NCBI GenBank assembly: GCA_964653145.1
Contig: CAZZCG010000009.1
Coordinates: 37,596-69,595 of the forward strand
Source: an uncultured Synechococcus sp.
Lineage (GTDB): Bacteria > Cyanobacteriota > Cyanobacteriia > Thermosynechococcales > Thermosynechococcaceae
Direction of reading: 5' to 3'
Length of the DNA stretch: 32,000 nucleotides
Below the pieces are notes generated by a model. That model saw only the letters and a list, made by a program, of their open reading frames with translations, was not told where the DNA came from and did not search any database. Shown here piece after piece: positions 27,681 to 32,000 of the stretch (the first letter of the stretch is position 1; each line of letters begins with the position of its first letter). A program made the position numbers and the translations under genes.

Positions 27681-28664
27681 TTGGGTAAATCGCGGCAAAA
27701 ACCATCGCTATCTTTACCACAACCCTCGGCATTACTCACTAAGTTTGCGGCTCGGCTGTTTCCCAGTGCAGAGGAGCAGGAACTTTTTATCCAGGCCCTG
27801 TTAAATCCCAGGCCCTATCCGCCCGCAATTATTTGGTGTCAGCAACCGTCGAATTCATTCCCCTTTGCCGTAACTAAGCCGGAGTCCTGGCAACCCAGTT
27901 GGGTCAATCGGTTAGAAATTGGAGCGCGTCCAGGCCAGGATCCTCTCCACCAGCAAGGGGCTTATTATGTTTTAGATTTTTCCTCGGTGTTTGCTGCCAC
28001 CCCACTTTTACACTTGGAGCTCTCCCAGGCCCCACAGTTGATAATTGATGTTTGTGCTGCTCCGGGGGGAAAATCTATTTTTGCCTGGAAAGCCTTAAAT
28101 CCCCAACAATTGGTGAGTAATGAGGTGATTGGTAAGCGGATCGGGATGCTAAGGAGTAATCTCAGTCGTTGTCGCATTTCACCAGTGGCTATAACCAATT
28201 TAGAGGTGGCGGGCCTGGGAGATCGGTATGCCAATCAAGGGGATGTCGTGATTGTGGATGCGCCCTGTTCTGGTCAATCCTTGCTGGCCAAGGGAACCCA
28301 AGTTTTAGGCTGTTTTCATCCCCGAACCATTAGCCACAATGCTCAACGTCAGAAAAAAATTATGGCCCTTGCCAGTCAACTGGTGCGACCGGGGGGATAC
28401 CTGCTCTACAGCACTTGCACCTTCTCCCTAGAAGAAAACGAAGCGGTGTTGAGTTGGTTATTGACCCACTTTCCAGAGTTTCAGTCTGTGGCAATTCCGG
28501 TTTTATCAGCCTTTGAATCGGCCTGGCGTGAACCTCAGTTATTTGATAAAAAATACAATCGTTCGGACGTTCTTTACAGTTATCGGCTGTTTCCCCAATC
28601 TGGCCTGGGGGCGGGGGCATTTACGGCGCTGTTAAAAAAATCTGAGTTAAACGCTTCCCTGTAA
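27681..28664 (+). CDS. RsmB/RsmF (NOL1/NOP2/Sun) family RNA m5C methyltransferase
   Basis: 327-aa ORF with a TTG start. It has the SAM motif DVCAAPGGKS and the catalytic-Cys motifs VDAPCSGQS and YSTCTFSLEENE. Confidence 0.8.
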   Translation: MGKSRQKPSLSLPQPSALLTKFAARLFPSAEEQELFIQALLNPRPYPPAIIWCQQPSNSFPFAVTKPESWQPSWVNRLEIGARPGQDPLHQQGAYYVLDFSSVFAATPLLHLELSQAPQLIIDVCAAPGGKSIFAWKALNPQQLVSNEVIGKRIGMLRSNLSRCRISPVAITNLEVAGLGDRYANQGDVVIVDAPCSGQSLLAKGTQVLGCFHPRTISHNAQRQKKIMALASQLVRPGGYLLYSTCTFSLEENEAVLSWLLTHFPEFQSVAIPVLSAFESAWREPQLFDKKYNRSDVLYSYRLFPQSGLGAGAFTALLKKSELNASL

Positions 28665-29501
28665 AAGTACTGAATATAAATCTGTCCGCCGATCACGGAA
28701 AAAGCCAAAGGCTGCCCGTAACCGTTCAATCGCATCTAAATCAAAGGATTGAGTGATAATTCCAGATTCCTCTCTGCTCAATTCGGCCACCTTATCGCCC
28801 CGGACATCGGCAATGAAGGAACTGCCATAGAACACTTGACCACCCTCATTCCCAATCCGATTCGCCGCCACAACCGGAATAATATTAGCCACCGCATGAC
28901 CGATCATCACCCGCTGCCAAGGGTCTTTGGTGTCCAGGCCCGGATCGTGGGGTTCACTGCCAATCGCTGTTGGATAAAGCAAAACATCCGCTCCCATTAA
29001 GGCCATAGCCCGCGCACATTCGGGAAACCACTGATCCCAACAAATCCCCACACCGATCACGCCATATTTTGTTTGCCAGACCTTAAACCCTGTATCTCCC
29101 GGCCGAAAATAATATTTTTCCTCATAGCCAGGCCCATCGGGAATATGACTTTTACGATAGACCCCTAGGACACTACCATCCGCATCAATGATCACAACTG
29201 AGTTGTAGTAGGCGGGGCCAGCTTTTTCAAATAAGGAAACCGGAATCACCACCTGCAACTCTGCGGCAACTTTTTGGAAATGGATCACCGTGGGATGGTC
29301 ATTTAAGGGCCTGGCCTGGGCAAAAAATTCTTCTTGTTCCTGTTTGCAAAAATAATGGCCTTCTAAGAGTTCCGAGGGAAGAATCACTTGCGCCCCGATA
29401 GCCTTGGCCTGGTGGATATAGTCGGTGATCGTGGCAATATTTTCATCCCGATTTTGACTAAACGCCATTTGAATTGCGGCAACGGTGATTGTTCTAGGCA
29501 T
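28647..29501 (-). CDS. aguB: N-carbamoylputrescine amidase (CN-hydrolase family)
   Basis: I start at ATG 29501 (MPRTITVAAIQMAF...), preceded by AAGGA. The E-K-C triad contexts are present (PSELLEG, VYRKSHIP, GICWDQWFPE). It lies 7 nt downstream of aguA. Confidence 0.88.
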   Translation of the reverse strand: MPRTITVAAIQMAFSQNRDENIATITDYIHQAKAIGAQVILPSELLEGHYFCKQEQEEFFAQARPLNDHPTVIHFQKVAAELQVVIPVSLFEKAGPAYYNSVVIIDADGSVLGVYRKSHIPDGPGYEEKYYFRPGDTGFKVWQTKYGVIGVGICWDQWFPECARAMALMGADVLLYPTAIGSEPHDPGLDTKDPWQRVMIGHAVANIIPVVAANRIGNEGGQVFYGSSFIADVRGDKVAELSREESGIITQSFDLDAIERLRAAFGFFRDRRTDLYSVLLQGSV

Positions 29502-29508
29502 AGTTTCC

Positions 29509-30558
29509 TTAAGGTTCCTGTTGAGTAATGCAGTGAAAGGCGCCGCCACCTGCCAATATCTGTTTAGCACTCAAGCCAATCGTTGTTCGGTCGGGAAAGA
29601 GTTGCCCAATTTTTTCAACCGCTAATTGATCAAAATCCGTGCCATAGGTGGGGACAATTACGGTTTTGTTAGCAATGTAGAAATTCACATAACTGGCGGG
29701 CATGACAGTATTTTCTTCATCTAAAACCAGGCCAGGGGAAGGAATTTTGATAATTTCTAGGGGGCGATCTTGGGCATCGGTAAAGGTGGCTAAATCCTCG
29801 GCAATTTGCTTAAGTGTGACGGCGTTAAAATCCTCATTAGTGAGGCTTTCCATACAGACCACGACACCCGGCTGAACAAACCGCACCAGGGTATCAATGT
29901 GGCCATCAGTGTGATCATTCTCTAAGCCTTGATCCAGCCAGAGGATTTTTTCATACCCCAATGCCGCGGTTAAATAGTCTTCAATCTCGGCCTGGTTTAA
30001 TTGTGGGTTGCGGTTGGGATTGAGTAAACATTGTTTTGTGGTTAAGCAGGTTCCGGCCCCATCGGTTTCTATGGCCCCGCCTTCTAAGACAAACGGCAAG
30101 TCAAAATTGGGAACATCCACCCTGCGAGCAATCTCAGATCCAACGCGGTCATCTCCTGGCAAACAATATTTTCCGCCCCAACCATTGAACTGAAATCTGA
30201 CGGTGGCTTTTTGGTGCTGATCATTGACTAAGAAAATGGGCCCCGTATCCCGTACCCAAATGTCACCAAAGGGAATTTGAAAAAACTGTGGCTGAAGATG
30301 GCCGATTAATGACCTGGCCTGGGCTTGTCCAAGATCATCTAAAACTAGAATCTTCAGGTCTTCCCCCTGTAAAACTCCGGTAACTGGATCAGGAGCCGCA
30401 ATGGCCTGGCATAACTGGGCAAATTCCTGTTGAACACCAGCTAACTTTTTCCCCCACAAATCGCTATGACTCGGAAATGCTAACCAACAGGCCTGGTGGG
30501 GCTGCCATTCTGGAGGTTGAAAAAATCCCTGTTGCGCTGGAAAATTGCTCACTTTCAC
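29509..30558 (-). CDS. aguA: agmatine deiminase
   Basis: 349-aa ORF with FFQPPEWQPHQACWLAFP at the N-terminus and the C-terminal catalytic-Cys motif GGGAFHCITQQ, typical of the PAD_porph/AguA family. Confidence 0.92.
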   Translation of the reverse strand: MKVSNFPAQQGFFQPPEWQPHQACWLAFPSHSDLWGKKLAGVQQEFAQLCQAIAAPDPVTGVLQGEDLKILVLDDLGQAQARSLIGHLQPQFFQIPFGDIWVRDTGPIFLVNDQHQKATVRFQFNGWGGKYCLPGDDRVGSEIARRVDVPNFDLPFVLEGGAIETDGAGTCLTTKQCLLNPNRNPQLNQAEIEDYLTAALGYEKILWLDQGLENDHTDGHIDTLVRFVQPGVVVCMESLTNEDFNAVTLKQIAEDLATFTDAQDRPLEIIKIPSPGLVLDEENTVMPASYVNFYIANKTVIVPTYGTDFDQLAVEKIGQLFPDRTTIGLSAKQILAGGGAFHCITQQEP

Positions 30559-30565
30559 CCCAGGC

Positions 30566-31513
30566 CTAGAGAACAGATTCTAAAAGTTTGATGTTACTGG
30601 CGATGTTAGCAGCGGAGGTTTGCAGGGCCTGGAGTTCTTCAGCGTTTAGCGGTAGTTCAATGAGTTGTTCAACTCCATTAGCCCCAAGTTTGATCGGAAC
30701 CCCCATACAGACCCCAGAAATCCCATAATCGCCCTCCAAATAAACCGATGCGGGGACAATGCGTTGATGACTGTTCAAAATAGCGGCAACCATTTCGGCT
30801 GTGGCGGCGGCGGGGGCATAGTAAGCACTTCCAGATTGCAGCAAACTGACAATTTCGGCACCTCCATTGCGGGTGCGTTCAACTAAGGGCTCAATCTGCT
30901 CGCGAGGGAGTAACTCCGAGAGGGGAATACCATTGACCGTCGTGTGGCGCGCTAAGGGAACCATCAAATCCCCATGTCCCCCCAAGACCATGGCCCGAAT
31001 ATCCCGCCGACTAATTTGTAACTCCCAGGCAATGAATTGGGCAAACCGGGCTGAGTCTAAAATTCCGCCCATGCCTAAAACGCGATGTTTCGGAATCCCA
31101 CTGACTTTCCAGGCCAAATGGGTCATGACATCGAGGGGATTGGTGACGACAATCAGTTTGGCATCCGGGGCCTGGATGAGAGCTTGTTCTGTGATGCTTT
31201 GGACGAGTTGCCCATTGATTTTGAGCAGATCCTCCCGACTCATGCCTGGTTTGCGCGGAAAGCCCGCGGTGATCACAACAATTTCAACATCTTTGAGATC
31301 GCTGTAATCTTCAGTCCCAAGAATGCTGCAATTGCCACCGGTGATCGCCTGGGCCTGGTTTAAATCGAGGGCTAAACCCTTTGTTCGGTTGGGAATTACA
31401 TCTAGGAGCACCACATTAGCTAAATCCAGTTCTAAAATCCGGCGTGCTAAGGTACTCCCGACATTTCCGGCCCCAATAATCCCAATCTGGGCGGATCGTG
31501 GCAAGCTGACCAC
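30566..31513 (-). CDS. mdh: malate dehydrogenase (LDH-like MDH)
   Basis: 315-aa ORF with the Rossmann motif GAGNVGS, plus LDSARF and GGHGD motifs of LDH-type MDH. A GTG start directly abuts the ndhO stop. Confidence 0.93.
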   Translation of the reverse strand: MVSLPRSAQIGIIGAGNVGSTLARRILELDLANVVLLDVIPNRTKGLALDLNQAQAITGGNCSILGTEDYSDLKDVEIVVITAGFPRKPGMSREDLLKINGQLVQSITEQALIQAPDAKLIVVTNPLDVMTHLAWKVSGIPKHRVLGMGGILDSARFAQFIAWELQISRRDIRAMVLGGHGDLMVPLARHTTVNGIPLSELLPREQIEPLVERTRNGGAEIVSLLQSGSAYYAPAAATAEMVAAILNSHQRIVPASVYLEGDYGISGVCMGVPIKLGANGVEQLIELPLNAEELQALQTSAANIASNIKLLESVL

Positions 31514-31726
31514 TTATTTACTAACTTCCAGTTGATCAACCCGTAACCAAATCGTCGGAGTTGGAACCGGGAATTTAATTTGGGCATAGTCGCCTTTGAG
31601 ATCAACCACTTCCCCGCGACCGGCAAAGATATAGGGGGGTAACCGGGGATCACTGGCCTGGGCTTCGAGGCTATCGGCAAATTTATCAGCCAGAACCTTA
31701 ACGAATTCACCTTTTTTGATGGTCAT
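31514..31726 (-). CDS. ndhO: NDH-1 subunit O
   Basis: From ATG 31726 the product is [67 protein letters not shown]. This matches my recollection of cyanobacterial NdhO (~70 aa; ...SLEAxASDxRxPxYxF...GDYAxIKF...PTPxIWLRxDQLE). Confidence 0.85.
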   Translation of the reverse strand: MTIKKGEFVKVLADKFADSLEAQASDPRLPPYIFAGRGEVVDLKGDYAQIKFPVPTPTIWLRVDQLEVSK

Positions 31727-31829
31727 AGAACGCGATGCCTGGAGACTATCTCCCAATTTTACGCAACTGTGTTCGGGGTTGGGCTGTTAATTTATAGAAA
31801 AACCTGGAGATCACGGTCTGGGAGGGGCG

Positions 31830-32000
31830 GTGTTAACGGCCATAATTCACTTGGGCTTGGGCACAGTAGGGGCATTATTGATTTGGTTCATCTTCCAGCA
31901 GATTTTCGAGGAACAGAGAGATTCATCTCCCCTAGCCTCTTGGTTTGGATGTGTTTTGATTGGCTTGTTCTGTGCAAGCTTGTCTCAAGTAAGTCCTTGG
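31830..32000 (+). CDS. 5' part of a membrane protein gene running off the window
   Basis: A hand-read frame from GTG 31830 stays open to base 32000 (57 codons): VLTAIIHLGLGTVGALLIWFIFQQIFEEQRDSSPLASWFGCVLIGLFCASLSQVSPW, with two hydrophobic segments. The start is uncertain. Confidence 0.3.
   Translation, partial: MLTAIIHLGLGTVGALLIWFIFQQIFEEQRDSSPLASWFGCVLIGLFCASLSQVSPW

Noticed and set aside
1-32000. Scan for CRISPR arrays, rRNA/tRNA genes, IS elements, integrases and the HIP1 octamer GCGATCGC
   Set aside because: I saw no regularly spaced direct repeats, no transposase- or integrase-like ORFs, no cloverleaf-compatible sequences and no exact GCGATCGC by eye. A by-eye scan is fallible and should be confirmed computationally.

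Overview
This is a chromosomal segment of a cyanobacterium, about half GC in the core genes, and I saw no exact HIP1 (GCGATCGC) by eye. Most of the window is housekeeping: a 3'-truncated GH13 glucan hydrolase, plsX-fabH, an FHA/PrsW-like membrane protein overlapping an LplA-family gene, leuS, the low-CO2 NDH-1 operon ndhF3-ndhD3-cupA-cupS, nblS/hik33, a DUF1400-type alpha/beta hydrolase, recR, rpsN, an RsmB/F-type m5C RNA methyltransferase, and a tightly packed ndhO-mdh-aguA-aguB string. An AT-rich accessory islet of about 5.6 kb sits between leuS and the 3' end of cupS (about 10.0-15.64 kb) and has no integrase or transposase. It contains, in order: a decayed Phd/PIN toxin-antitoxin remnant; an intact vapBC-like pair; a convergent REase-candidate plus C5-methyltransferase cassette bracketed by 124-bp near-identical direct repeats; a translationally coupled operon encoding a J-domain protein and a protein with a duplicated N-terminal module and a C-terminal HNH nuclease motif; a 100-bp diverged copy of the cupS 3' end; and hicAB. 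The J-domain/HNH pair is my best candidate for an undescribed system. Its function is unknown and everything functional about it is inference. Separately, the heptamer GGCCTGG/CCAGGCC occurs roughly 85-90 times by hand count in 32 kb (about 4 expected by chance) and is sparse in most islet genes. No rRNA, tRNA, CRISPR array or IS element was found.
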